This document shows positions 12,790 through 25,646 of a DNA stretch of 64,000 nucleotides, in pieces. Where the stretch lies: NCBI GenBank assembly GCA_977017645.1, contig OZ360253.1:35712001-35776000 (forward strand). Direction: 5' to 3'. Each line of letters opens with the position of its first letter. Position 1 is the stretch's first letter. Both the position numbers and the translations under genes were made by a program. The notes under the pieces were generated by a model. It was not told the origin of the DNA and made no database searches. It was given only the letters and a program-made list of their open reading frames with translations. The DNA is from Torpedo marmorata. Taxonomy: Eukaryota.

Positions 12790-13810
12790 GGTTGGGGAAC
12801 CCTAGGTGTCCAGATATATTGCTCTGCTCAAGGTAAAAGAGGCATGTGCAAGTTATGGGCAGGTGAAATCATGCAAATCTTTTCAGCAGTTCAGAGGACA
12901 AAGAGAGAGCATGAGATGGCTCTGGCAGATAAGGCAAAGAAGAATCCCAAGAAATTCTGCGTATATTAAAGGCAAAAGAGCAGCTATGGAAAGAATGGTC
13001 AACGCCAACAAAACCCTCACCCTGGGGAGTGTTGTAGAACAAAGAGACTTGGGGGTACAGGTACATAGTTCCATGAAAGTGGCGACAGAGGTAGACAGGG
13101 TGGTGAAGAAGGCCTTTGGCACACTTGTCTTCAGTCAGGTCATTGAGTCCAGGAGCAGCGATGTCATGTTACGATTGTACAAGACATTAGTCAGAACGCA
13201 CTTGGGAGTATTATGCACAATTTTGGTCACACAGCTTTTGGAAATGTAGCATTAAGCTGGAAAGGGTGCTGATAAGATTCACCAGAATGTTACTGGGACT
13301 GAATTATAAGGAGAGGCTGGATAAGCTGGGACTTTTCTTCCCTGGAGCAAAGGAGACCTTTGAGGTTTATAAAATCATGGATTAGGTAGGAAAATCTAAA
13401 ACTCGATTGCATAGACTTTAGATGAGAGGGGACCTGAGGACCATCTTCACACAGCAGGTGGTGGTCATTATATGGCAAAGGCTGCCAGAAGAAATGGTAG
13501 AAGCAGGGACGTTTGTGATATTTCTGAGAAATCAGGTACAGTAAAATCCCTGTTATCCGGAATTCAAGCAACAGGCAACAAAAAAATTGCGGAAAATAAA
13601 TAGGTAAAAAATATGAACGTTTAAAATTGGCTCCCCCTTTTGGTCAGTTCGCCAATCCACGCAACACCCTATCTCAAAAAACCGGAAAATTCACTTATCC
13701 GGCATCTACCAATCCCCATAGGTGCTGGATAACCGGGGGTTTTACTGTACATGGAAAGGTTTCAAGGGACATGGGCCAAATGCAGGCAGATGGGACTAGC
13801 TTGGTTGGCA
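12790..13810 (+). mobile_element. Degenerate CR1 LINE fragments interrupted by a MITE
   Basis: EQRDLGVQVHSSMKV...LYKTLVR peptide; CR1 3' sequence continues after 13747. Confidence 0.8.
13539..13747. mobile_element. Tc1/mariner (Tigger-like) MITE
   Basis: TIR CAGTAAAATCCCTGTTATCC / GGATAACCGGGGGTTTTACTG with TA TSDs. Confidence 0.88.
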
Positions 13811-15889
13811 AGGGCTTTATGAAAGAGAAACTGTTAACTTTGTTCATTTTGTTCTCTTGGCTTTGTGACTGGACAATATAAACTGAGGACAGATTTGTGA
13901 ATGCATATGTGGTGTACGAGAGGTGAGTGGGTGTTTAGCCACATCTTATGTTACTCTGCTTTTAAATTTGATGGGTTCCAAACTAGTGCAAGTTACTTTC
14001 TAACAGCCCCTCATGATCAAATTAAAAATACAGTTCCTGCTGGTATGAATGATAAGATGTTCATAAATCTTGATTGTTCAAGTGTTTGGTTGAGAGCCAA
14101 TACATTGGACGTAGGGTTGCTGACAAAAATAAGGCAAACTGTTAACCATTGAAATTAAGTTCCAAGTCACACGTGCTTCGACCACAGTACATCATTACAA
14201 AATGAGTTGACAACCTCAGCTTCATCATTGGGGAAGATGTACTGAAGTTTGGTTCAAAACGCATTCTACACTACAATTTAAGTAAATTTGGAGATTAAAA
14301 AAAAATCACGAAATCAAGATACTTGAACATTATACTCGTGTGTTTCTTGTCTGACATTTGTAATTCATCTCCTTAGATTGTAATTCTCGCCACCTCGATT
14401 TGATCAGAAGTAATCCATCTGAAAATATTGTTCTTGTATAATTAAAGTCGAGAAGCCCTGCATTTTTCCTTACTCCTGAATGTTTTCCACAGTCCGTTAC
14501 GTTTTATGTGACAAGGTTGAATAATACCGTCACAGAGCTGGGATTGGGGGGAATAAAAGCCCATACTTTTTAATTGTCTCAGAAGGTCTGACGAAAGAAT
14601 GTCTTTTCAGAGTCTGAGAAATAGTCAGACTTAATGTGACCTCAAATAAATGTATTTCATGTTTTTGGGGAAGCATCTCGAGGCTGGTGAGGTAATTGTT
14701 CTGTTTTTGGAAAATCTGGCATCCATTGTGACGAGAGAATCCTGGCAGCATTTCTCTGCACAATCACTTTGTTCTGTTCCAAGTGCATTTCCCCATCCTG
14801 TGTTGAACACCCCTCCCAAAACATTGGCCTTTTGTGAGTTGTGCTTAAAATCTTGTGGAGTAGGATTGCAACAGATCATTGGAGAGAGGGGTTCAAGATG
14901 GGGAGCTACATAATAAACAGAATATGTTTGTACAATGGTATGGATTAGTGAAGAGTTTATACACCAGTGTTGTCCCTTAAATTAAAAACAATGTTTAAAG
15001 TAGGTGCAGGCCATACTGCCTCTTAGAACCATAGAACATTACAGCACAGAAATAGGCCCCTTCGGCCCTTCAAGTCTGTGCCGAACTATTTTTCTGCCAA
15101 GTCCCACTGACCTGCACCCAGTCCATAGCCCTCCATACCCCTCCCAATAGAATCATAATTCTTGAGCCTTGACTTTTAATAAATTGGGTGTTGTGTGACG
15201 TAGATACAGATACAGAAGAAATTATGCTCATTGATGTTTCACAAATTATAGCACTGAGATTCATTTTCAATTTTGCATCAATATGATTAAAATAAAACAT
15301 TCCCTACAATTTATTCATGGTCGCCGCTCAGTGGTAGTGATACGATTTCATTTGAAGCCGAAGCCTGGTTCTTCATTGGAACAATAAACGTCTGTTTTTC
15401 GCTCTCTGAATTTTGACCTGCTGTTAGCTCCATTGAAGAGCAGTCTGTGACTCGGACAGTCATGATCTGATCCTAATGATGCACTGCCACCTTCAGGCCT
15501 CCGTGGACACTGCCTGCATTCTTCACATGCCAGATTTAACTTCTGTGGATGTTTCATTGCAACTCCAGGCACTTCATTCAAATCATTAATATACTTCAAG
15601 TGATTTGGGTCATTTAAATGCCTGTCTCAGAAGATTTTGCTTAATAGGTATCATTTTGGTATTTAAACCAAGAAGGGCATGGATAAAGTGAATGGTCAGT
15701 CTTTTTCCCCAGGGTAGAGGAGTATAAAGCTTGAGGGCATTGATGAAAGGTGAGGTGGGAAGGATTTAAAGGGGAATTCCGGGGTGGTGGGTAGATAGAA
15801 CAAGCTGCCAGAAGACGTGGTAGTGGTGGGGACAACTGGAACATTTAAAAATCATTTAGTAGGTTTGGATAGGGAAAGTTTAGAGAGAC

Positions 15890-17215
15890 AGATTCAGATT
15901 TATTATCAGAGTACATACATGACATCACATACAACCCTGAGATTCTTTTAGAACTCAGGCAGACATTTCAGAAGATCTGGAGTGGAACACCTCATCTTGG
16001 GAACAGATGCGGCGGAAGCGGAGAAATTGAGAGAAGGGGATGAAGTCCTTGCAGGGGACAGGGTGTGAGGATGTGTAGTCCAGATAGTTGTGGGAGTTGG
16101 AGGGTTTGTAGTAAATGTCGGTGGAAAGCTTGTCTCCCGAGATGGAGACAGAGAGATCCAGGAAGGGGAGAGTGTTATCGGAGATGGACCAGGTGAGTTT
16201 GAGATCGTGGTGAAAGTTGGATGCGAAGTGGATGAAGTTGACAAGCTCATCGTGGGTGCATGAGGCAGCCCCGATGTAGTCGTCGATATACCGGAGGAAG
16301 AGATGAGGGGTCTTGCCTGTGTAGGCTTGCAGCATGGATTGCTCCACAAAGCCCACAAACAGGCAGGCGTAGCTGGGACCCATGCAGGTACCCATGGCTA
16401 CTCCTTTGATTTGGAGGAAGTGGGATGAGTTGAAGGAGAAGTTATTGAGAGTGAGGACAAGTTCTGCCAGGCGGAGGAGGGTGGTGGTAGAGGGTGACTG
16501 GTCGGGTCTTTGGTCCAGGAAGAAGTGAAGTGCTTTCAGACCTTCTGTGTGGGGGATAGAGGTATAAAGGGATTGGACATCCATGGTGAAGATAATGCGG
16601 TCCGGTTCAGGGAATCTGAAGTCATTGAGGAGATGGAGGGCATGTGAGGTGTCGCGGATGTAGGTGGGGAGGGATTGGACCAGGGGAGAAAAGATGGAGT
16701 CAAGGTAAGATGAAACTAGTTCGGTGGGGCAGGAGCAGGCAGAAACAATGGGTCTGCCCGGATGGTTGGGTTTGTGAATCTTGGGTAGAAGGTAGAAACG
16801 GGCAGTGCGGGGGTGGAGATTCTTTTCCCTGCAGGCGTGGCAGAATTACCACTTATTGGTAGTGCAAAAAGAACTGTACACAATGTACACATGTAAACAA
16901 ATAAAGAAATGTAAACAGATTGACCGTGCAGTACAGAGACAAATAAAAAACAAACAATAAAGTGCACAAGTAAGAGTCCTTAAATGTTCCTGGTTGAGTT
17001 TGTTGTTGAGAAGTCTGATGGTGGAGGGGTAGCAGCTGTTCCTGAACCTGGTGGTGCAAGTCTTGTGGCACCTTTGCCTCTTTCCTGATGGTAGCAGCGA
17101 GAACAGAGTGAGTGCTGGGTGGTGTGGACCTTTGATTGCTGCTGCCCTCCGATGGCAGCGTTCCCTGTAGATGTTCTCAATGGTGGGGAGGACTTTCACC
17201 GTGATGTCCTGGGCT
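15890..17215 (-). mobile_element. Rex/Babar-like LINE 3' fragment, split by a PLE and inserted in a CR1 remnant
   Basis: HHPAxxLFSLLPSGKR..TTRFRNS peptide; 3' tail found at 15890-15949. Confidence 0.85.
15950..16815 (-). mobile_element. Penelope-like element, internal RT fragment
   Basis: MDVQSLYTSIPH, GVAMGTxMGPSYACLF and RYIDD motifs; 11-bp TSD GAGATTCTTTT. Confidence 0.9.
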
Positions 17216-18913
17216 TGACATGAGGCAAACTCAGGCAAACAGGACTAGCTCAGGTAGGCAACTTGGTTGGCATGGACGATGCAGGCCAAAGGGCCTGTTT
17301 CTATGCTGTAAAACTGACTGCAATTAAAAAGTTATTACAAAAAAAAGTACAGAATTTAATTTGATCTTCAGGCCTGTTTTCTGCACCTTGCTGTTAAGTA
17401 ATTGAGAGGGAATCACCTTAATTGGAGCGGTGAATGCACACGGGCCATTTGAATTAGGATTGTTCAAACATAACGCTGTTAATTTGCTGGAAGGAACCCT
17501 GGAGTGACAGCCCTGGTTGTTTGCACCCAACTCACTAATTAGATTGGGACAATTAAAATCAGTAATGGAGTCTGCAGTGTTACTCGAACTGTGATGCACC
17601 AACTTGATATGGACCTGAGACCAAGTATGGAACTTCACTCCTTGTCATTCTGGATGGTACCTTGTTCAGCGAGATATTTCAGTTTTTCATATTTTCATGC
17701 TGGAAGACTATATCCTTACTTTAATATATTGAATGCGAACATGTTAAAAGTTTTATAATTTTGTATGTGCGTTATTTCTGTGCAAAGCAACAAATGTTGG
17801 TAATTTGCATAACTAGTAAATGTAAGTTCTTTTTGCAGCTTAAGGTTTGCATCCTTTTAGGAATTGGCCTAATTTGAAGCCAATGAGGCTTCTTCAACAC
17901 TAAAGATGAATCTGTCTGCCAATAATTCAGCAGTTTCATTCTCTCATTTTTCTGCCACCTGGAGGGTTAAATTTTTCAATAATTTTAAATATGTATAAAA
18001 TGGCCCAGGGTCAATTTTGGCAATTACAGGACATTTTTCGTATGTTCAGTTTGTAGAATTCTGCTATCTTTACCATCCACCAATATGAGTACACATTCAT
18101 TCTAACTCGTATATAAACATGAAGCGAAGAAGAGTTTATGCGTATAATTGTTTTCAGTGCAGGGACCTCATTCACCTTGGGCTACCACAACCACTCCACC
18201 AATTTCTTGATTATTTTCCCATCCCCCACGACTTGTTCGCAAAATGTAATACTTGTACAATAAAAGCATAAACATAAAGCCAACAGCAAAGCTATTAAAA
18301 TGGATACATCAAGTTATTTTCCTTTTTAAATGTGTCAGTAGGCTCTCGGCCTCATTGTAATATATCTAATAAAGGAACAATTTTTAGCTTTGTCAAGATG
18401 AATACGTGGTTTAAGCAAAACTTCCATCGTGAACAGACTGATTTTCAGGTTCTGTAAGTACGCAGAAACTTTGTCCTTACTATTGAACTTCAGTGTGTGT
18501 GAAGCTTCCTCAGTCTTCCACGTGGACCTGATGTTTGGCAGGTTTGGGCATTTGTAGATAAGCTAACCTTACTCCCCAAATGAGAGTCACCTTTTATTTG
18601 TTTACCAAGTTCATTGTAATAGAGTGCTTCCCAGTTGAATCACAATCAAAGTTGATGTTCTGGTTTCAGATTTGTATTCTTAGGCTTCTATTCCCTGATC
18701 ATCAAACCCTTGTTTTCATTGGATGCTTCAGTGAGGTAACTGTGTACACTATTTTGAACTTTCATTCATTTGATTGACTGAAATGCATTTGCATGTTGAA
18801 CTCTGCAAATGAAACTAAGGGTGGTTTTCCTTTGTATCAGTAAACCACCAAATCAGCTGTCGGCAAAAAAAGTCAATAATCCCCACGGTTCTAGCTTGTG
18901 CTCTGTGTTGCAG

Positions 18914-19020
18914 ATGCAATCGTCAAGAAACAAAGACCTAAAGAAACTCCACAAAGCACAGTCTCAAGATGAATTGGGCAGATTGGACACTGTTCAGAAG
19001 AGTAACGTCCCAGATGGCAG
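18914..19020 (+). CDS. MYO9A: MYO9A tail exon (MQSSRNKDLKKLHKAQSQDE...)
   Basis: ttgcag| ... CAG|gtgaaa; KLHKxxSQxE motif; phase 0 to 2. Confidence 0.85.
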
Positions 19021-19568
19021 GTGAAAAAGATGAGAATTTTTTATTGTAAATAGGTGCTGATCTACACAATATTTGAAGTGGTCGAGTTCATCCTCCAGTC
19101 TGATGCAAAGTGGAACATATAAAATTATTTCACCAGATCTTGTCAATTATTGTAGGCGTTTTTATACGACTGACTGAAGGATACTGTAAATGTGTTAATT
19201 CACCAGCCACAGTTATCTACAGTAGATCTTGTATCAGAACTATTTGTAATAGTTATGTTAACAAAGAGCAGTACAGCACAGGAACAGGCCCTTCGCCTCA
19301 TGTGTCTGTGCTGAATGTGATATGCAAATCAAACTAATAAAAACACAGCAACATTGATTGAAGCAACTGGCAACACGTTGCTCCCATCCTATCACAGGTG
19401 TGCCTTTGATCCGCTGCATGACCTACTTTTACTGGTATGGGGAATAAAAGTTTACGAGGAGGCTGAAAATTGATTGAAACGAATGACCATTCCTTTTTGC
19501 AGTTTACGGCCAATGTCGGTTATCCAAGTTTAATGATGTGTATTTTCCTGACTGGTTTCTAAATGTAG

Positions 19569-19780
19569 AGCTGTGAAGGGTCGAATGAGATTCTGGGGAA
19601 ATAAAAAACAGGGAGAAAAAAAGTTGTCAAGAGAGAAACTGGCCACTCAGTTGGAGCTCCAGGAGCTGAATATGGATCAGGAGATACAGGCACCACTGTG
19701 GCACCGAGAGTTTACACCCAGTGAGACCTCACTCAGTCTGCCACTGCCAGAAGGAAGAGAAAGCACATTGAAAGGTCAAG
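19569..19780 (+). CDS. MYO9A: MYO9A tail exon (AVKGRMRFWGNKKQGEKK...)
   Basis: tgtag| ... G|gtaaat; MRFWxxxKQGEKK motif; phase 2 to 1. Confidence 0.9.
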
Positions 19781-20101
19781 GTAAATCATTCAATTAAGAT
19801 AACACTTTTCTTTTTACAGGTCCCTAAATTCTTCCACTACTTTGGAATATGATTGTTATTTAATCACAGAACCCAATTTTGTTTACTTGCAACATTTACA
19901 CAATGCAGTGATTCAAAAATAATAAGTACTAAAAACCAAACACGAGGGAATAATTGAAATAAAGTTTTAAAAAAAACTGAGCTTACTTGTTTACCTATCA
20001 CTGTTTGCAATCCCCATTCCTACGAAGTTGACATTTGACACATTCGTTATACTTTTATTAAGCAGTGAAACTTAATTGAGATGCATTCGACTTGCCATAC
20101 A

Positions 20102-21053
20102 TAACGATCTGGAAGAGGGGACAGAGTGTAGTGAATCTAAGTTTGCTGATGACACTAAATTGAGTGGAAAAGCAAATTGTGCAGAGGATACAGAGAGATA
20201 TAGATAGGTTAAGTGAGTGGGCAAGGGTCTGGCAGATGGGGTACAATGTTGGCAAATGTGAGGTTATCCACTTTGGAAGTAAAAATGGAAGATCAGATTG
20301 TTACTTAAATGGCAAGCGATTGCAGCATGCTGCCGTGCAGAAGGACTTGGGAGTGCTTGTGCATGAATTGCAAAAGGTTGATTTGCAGGTGCAGCAGGCT
20401 ATCAAGAAGGCAAACGGAATGTTGGCCTTCATTGCTAGAGGGATTGAATTTAGGAGCAGGGAGGTTATGCTGCAGCTGTACACGGTACTGGTGAGGCCGC
20501 ATCTGGAGTACTGTGTGCAGTTCTGGTCTCTTTACTTGAGGAAGGATGTACTGGCTTTGGAGGCGGTGCAGAGGAGGTTCACCAGGTTGAGGTGAGGGGG
20601 TTAGCCTATGAGGAGAGATTGAGTCATCTGAGACTGTACTCGCTGGAATTTGGAAGAAGAGAGGCGATCTTATAGAAACATATAAAATTATGAAAGGCAT
20701 AGAAAAGATAGAGGTAGGTAAGTTGTTTACATTGGTAGGAGAGACCAAAACCAGGGGATATAGCCTCAAGATTCAGGGTAGTAGATTCAGGGTAGAGATG
20801 AGGAGGAACTGCTTTTCCCAGAGGGTGGTGAATCTGTGGAATTCGCTGCCAATTGAAGCAGTGGAGGCGATCTCAGTAAATATATTTAATACAAGGTTGG
20901 ATAGATTTCTACATAGTAGGGGAATTAAGGGATATGGGGAAAAGGCAGGTAGGTGGAGATGAGCCTATCATCAGATCAGCCATGATCACATTGAATGGTG
21001 GAGCAGGCTCGATGGGCCGGGTGGCCGACTCCTGCTCCTATTTCTTATGTTCT
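20102..21053 (+). mobile_element. CR1 LINE, 5'-truncated 3' end
   Basis: [35 protein letters not shown]; tail ttcttatgttctt. Confidence 0.92.
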
Positions 21054-21762
21054 TGTGTTCATGCACTGAGCTGTTTTGGATGCAGAGGATTGAATGAGTT
21101 CATCCTCTGGACCTGGGAGGCTCACTGGCTCCCAGAATACCTTTGACAAGAGGCAGGCTGGATATTGAACCTTATTTTGTGTCAGAGCTGGAAGACTTTA
21201 ATAGTTTCAATGTGATTGATATCCAGAGACCTTTTAAAGAATAACATTGTTTTAAAAAGATTAAAAAAAAGATTAAAAAAATAAAAAGTACTAAAAACAA
21301 AACAAAGGAATAATCAAAATAAAGCAAACCATTAACTGATCTTACCTTTAACTAATCTATGGGGCTGGGAATCTGTGGGGCAAGGGCATAGAATCCAAGA
21401 GGTGGATTCCCCTGTGTAATGCATGATTAGACTTCACTGTTGACTCCACCTGGAGTTCAGCAGAAGAGAAGAGTGATAGATGCACTGTAACGTTGCAGGC
21501 TTGGAGCGCGTAGAGGAGAAAACGATTACTGGATAGCTTAGTTTGACCACACGTCAATTAATTTTGCAATATCCAAGCAAAATGCCATTCATGACATTAA
21601 GCTTATTTTAGAGCTTTCATCCCATCCAGCCCAGTACTTAACTCCTTTAATGTCTTGAACATTCTGCCCTTAATAGTTTTATAAAGCCTTTTGGGCTCAA
21701 GACACAATTTGCAGGCTCAGTTTTTTTTTTAAATTCAAAAGTTAATCTTGCATTGGTAATTC

Positions 21763-22436
21763 TCAGAGGATCTTTCCTGGATCCAACACACTATTCGCAT
21801 CATGAAGAAAGCATGTTCGCGCCTATACTTCCTCAAGAGTTTGTGGAGGTTTGGTATGACACCAGAAACCCTGGCAAATTTCTCCAGATGTGTGGTGGAA
21901 AGTGTGCTGACCGGCTGCATCACGGTCTGGTATGGGGACACCTATACCCCTGAGCGTAAAACACTCCAAAAGGTAGTGGACACAGCCCAGGACATCACAG
22001 GCAAAACTCTCCCCACTATCGAGAACATCTACGGGGAACGCTGCTGTCAGAGAGCAGCAGCAATCATCAAGGATCCACACCACCCAGCACACGCTCTGTT
22101 CTCGCTGCTACCATCGGGAAAGAGGTATAGGTGCCACAAGACTCACACCACCAGGTTCAGGAACAGCTGCTACCCCTCCACCATCAGACTCCTCAACAAC
22201 AAACTCAATCAGAGACTCATTTAAGGACTCTTACTTGTGCACTTTATTGATTTTTTTAATTCTCTCTGGATTGCACAGTCAGTTTGTTTACATTCGTTAT
22301 CTGTTTACAGTTCTTTATTTGTTTACATGTATATGCTGTGTACAGTTTTTTTGTAATTCTGCCTCGCCCGCAGAAAAAGAATCTCAGGGTTGTATGTGAT
22401 GTCATGTATGAACTCTGACAATAAATCTGAAATCTA
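21763..22436 (+). mobile_element. Rex/Babar-like LINE 3' fragment
   Basis: ORF 21802..22224 nearly identical to the C-terminus of 37114..38130; tail aataaatctgaaatct. Confidence 0.9.
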
Positions 22437-22499
22437 ATGCCGGTACATCCCTGAGGAAGAATAAAATGAAAGGGGAGGAATAGAAAAATATATACTGTA

Positions 22500-22689
22500 N
22501 NNNNNNNNNNNNNNNNNNNNNNNNNNNNNNNNNNNNNNNNNNNNNNNNNNNNNNNNNNNNNNNNNNNNNNNNNNNNNNNNNNNNNNNNNNNNNNNNNNNN
22601 NNNNNNNNNNNNNNNNNNNNNNNNNNNNNNNNNNNNNNNNNNNNNNNNNNNNNNNNNNNNNNNNNNNNNNNNNNNNNNNNNNNNNNNNN
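22500..22689. other. Assembly gap (190 N)
   Basis: Run of n. Confidence 0.99.
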
Positions 22690-23235
22690 GATACCCGGCG
22701 TTGCCCGGGCTTTGCTCCACAATGTTGGCATACCTCTGACATGGAGCCAATTACAACTGCATTAATGGAAGAATACTCAATGTCAACTGAGTAATTGAAT
22801 GCAGCATTTAGCAGGTTGGCTGTAGTAAATGGTGCTGCCCTTCGGCTGGTGGCTTTTGTTCGCATTGCTTGGAGTCTTGCTTGTTCTTCCTCAGCAGACT
22901 CTTATTGTCTGCTCATGGAATGTCTGGCGGCATCAGCATTGAGGCGGGCTTGGCGTTGTTCCTCAGTTTCCTGCTGCCTGCTCCTTGTTTGTCTGGAGGC
23001 CTGAGCACTGAGGCAGGCCTGGTGTTGCTGTTCTGTTTCCTGCTGCCTGCTCCTTGCATGTCTGGAAGCATCAACAGTGAGGCGAGACTGATGTTCCTCT
23101 GCTGTCTCTTGCTTTCTCTTTTGCTTTCTCTACGGGCTTGTGAAGAACTTTTGCCAATGTTGCTTCGCTTTTTTGGGCCCATATTGAACTGGGTTTGGCC
23201 ACTTGTTTTTATTCTGAATGTACATTGATGCACAG
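22690..23235 (-). mobile_element. Internally deleted Helitron remnant
   Basis: Minus strand: 23-aa RSRQQETEEQRQARL-type repeats, NAAFNY...VVIGSMSEVCQHCGAK zinc-finger start, then hairpin CCCGGGCAACGCCGGG. Confidence 0.7.
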
Positions 23236-23739
23236 CACTGTAACTAATTGAGGTGTCCCTGGTGCAAGTTCAAATTTTTTTGTTATTGAACTTTTGAATT
23301 ATGACCTTAAAGGTTAAATTCAATGTGGTCATGACATTCAGCATCAAATGTCACCACAATTATAGTAAACAGTAATGCAAGTCAGTGCATAGTAAATACT
23401 TGTATAATAAACAGTAATGCAAGTTAGTGGAAGCTGTGCATGTTTTTGCACTGAGGACCAGAGAACGCTGTTTCGTCAGATTGTACTTGGACAATCTGAT
23501 GATAATAACATTGAATTTAAACACATCTGATTGAGATGGACTATCATTGTGGGATTTCAATTTAAATGTGGAAAGTTTGAAATAAAATTAAGTGCATTTA
23601 GTGTTGAAAGGTGCATTGAACTGCAAAAGGAAAATGGATTGTAATTTCCAATAACTTGAAAGATTGAATAAAAAATAAGTAGCTATACCTTTGTGCAGAG
23701 GCTGGTTTAATGATTCTTCTGAACTTCCTGTCACCACAG

Positions 23740-23969
23740 GTCAAGCTCCTTCACCTCCCAACCTAACTCCTCCGAGGAGTCCTGACTTGGGAACAGAGCG
23801 AGGGAAAGAGTTTAAGGAGAACAGAGAACCATCACCCAAAGTAAAGAGGAGGAGAAGTGTGAAGATCAGTAACGTGGGCCTGGAGCCAATCCAATTGCAG
23901 CACGACACCTTGCAGATCATTACTTGTGCCAACGATTTCAAGTGTATGAATGAATTCCTGCAGAAGAAG
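23740..23969 (+). CDS. MYO9A: MYO9A exon (QAPSPP...KENREPSPKVKRRRSVKISNV...EFLQKK)
   Basis: cacag| acceptor gives the required phase 1; donor |gtaaat. Confidence 0.9.
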
Positions 23970-24280
23970 GTAAATCTGAAAACGCATTCACCAGTCTTCA
24001 GAAAGTGCAAAATGAAATATTGTGAGTGAGTGGTGCAGTGAGGTGGAATGTGATCTTTTGTCTCCTGGACAGAATAAAACCTTGAGCTATTTTATGGTCC
24101 TGCATGTGTAAATGGGTTTTGGACAATATCAGGACAATGCCAATTGGACTGAGACTGGGTGGGGAGAAGTACAAGGTCAGGAAATATGTTATTTTGAAAG
24201 AATGGAGTACATTTTACTTTCCACCATACTGTCTGACGTTAACCACTTCACATCATCATTTAAGAGTATTTTAATTGCAG

Positions 24281-24397
24281 ATCACTGACCTTGACACCGA
24301 TGATTGCAAGAAAGATACATTTGTGGATGTCGTTTTCAAGAAATCTCTTAAAGAGCTCCGCTTAAATATATTTAACTCTTATTCAACGGCTTTAGCG
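24281..24397 (+). CDS. MYO9A: MYO9A exon (ITDLDTDDCKKDTFVDVVFKK...TALA)
   Basis: tgcag| ... |gtgagt; 117 nt. Confidence 0.94.
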
Positions 24398-24710
24398 GTG
24401 AGTACAGGACTGTGGCTTGTTGTTAGAGCAGGTTGCAGAATAAGATGTGAAGCCGTAAATCACAATGAGTTGTTTTCCTCATGGCTTTTGGGTTTTCTGG
24501 AATGGCCGTTTCTTTATTGCTTCTGTGGAACTGCCTGAAACCTTATTTGTGAATTTATTTTTACAGGATGGAGGAGCTTGCTCTTCTGTCCCATGCAGGA
24601 GTGAATGCATGAAGTGCATGCTATGAGTGATTGTATGCGAGAGGGCCATGATGGTGCAGAGCTCTGACACCCCATCCCATTGTTCAGTTGTGACGTTGTT
24701 TCTGCTGCAG

Positions 24711-24899
24711 ATGGACGATGGGAAGAGTATCCGGTACAAAGATCTGTATGCACTGTTTGAGCAGATTCTGGAGAAGACGATGAGGCAGCAGCGACGGGAT
24801 TGGAATGAGTCACCTGTCAAAGTATGGGTCAACACTTTCAAGGTGTTCTTGGATGAGTTCATGTTGGAACACAAAATTCTTGACAGCAGTACTGGAAAG
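24711..24899 (+). CDS. MYO9A: MYO9A exon (MDDGKSIRYKDLYALFEQILEK...VWVNTFKVFLDEF)
   Basis: tgcag| ... |gtgaga; 189 nt. Confidence 0.95.
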
Positions 24900-25159
24900 G
24901 TGAGATGTTTGAAACATTACTCTGAATATCACTTATTTCAGTGAACACTCAAAGGTCTACACTGCAAAGCACCACCAGGTTTGAAATAAAAACAAAGGAA
25001 GGAAAACAGAGAAATAATGTTTTGGGAAACACCAAGTTTATTTTTCACATTTCCTTGGAAAAGCAAGACAGTGGAAGGTCAGGAACTTGATCTTAAAATC
25101 TTGATGGAAAGTGAGTGTAAATGATGGGTGGCTTGAATGGAAGATACAGAGCATTGGAG

Positions 25160-25646
25160 CACTGGTGTCACTAAGGGGGTGCAGGGGGTGCGCCATCAGA
25201 GGGGGTGACACGAAAATGTCTATAAAATTTTTGTGCAGTGTTTCAGCAGAAATGTATTATTTTTTATAAAAATATCCCTGTAGTTAGTTATAACAATAAA
25301 AACATTTTTCGTAAGCCCAGCTCACATGTATCAATACAAGGCTAAATCTCTATGCTAATTTACTTTTTGAACCTTCTAATGCGTTAGAGCTGTCATTATT
25401 ACCCAATTACAATGACGCTTCGAATCACGTGGTTTTGCACGCGCTACAAGCACGCGCTGTTGTTTTCATTGTTTGTCAAATTTTCTGGTGTTTTAGCAAC
25501 AATATTGTGGTAATTAGTATTTATGAACCTATATCAATAACTTTTTTGAGAATGAAGTAGTATGATATTGTAATGTAAAGGTGTAATTTTAATTTTGCTA
25601 GTTGTTTTTACTGCACTGGGTGACACCAACCCGAGTGACGCCACTG
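25160..25646. mobile_element. hAT-type MITE
   Basis: TIR cactggtgtcact / agtgacgccactg; perfect 8-bp TSD CATTGGAG. Confidence 0.85.

Noticed and set aside
13893-13922. 30-nt phase-0 exon-like segment (ICECICGVRE) with a strong GAG|gtgagt donor
   Set aside because: Acceptor context is purine-rich with a competing upstream AG; no homology support
22910-23110. Regularly spaced repeats (CRISPR-like at a glance)
   Set aside because: Tandem 69-bp coding repeats of a Helitron remnant with no unique spacers; eukaryotic context
23691-23739. Acceptor tgcag at 23698 suggested by the ORF track
   Set aside because: It gives phase 2, incompatible with the upstream phase-1 donor; cacag at 23739 fits
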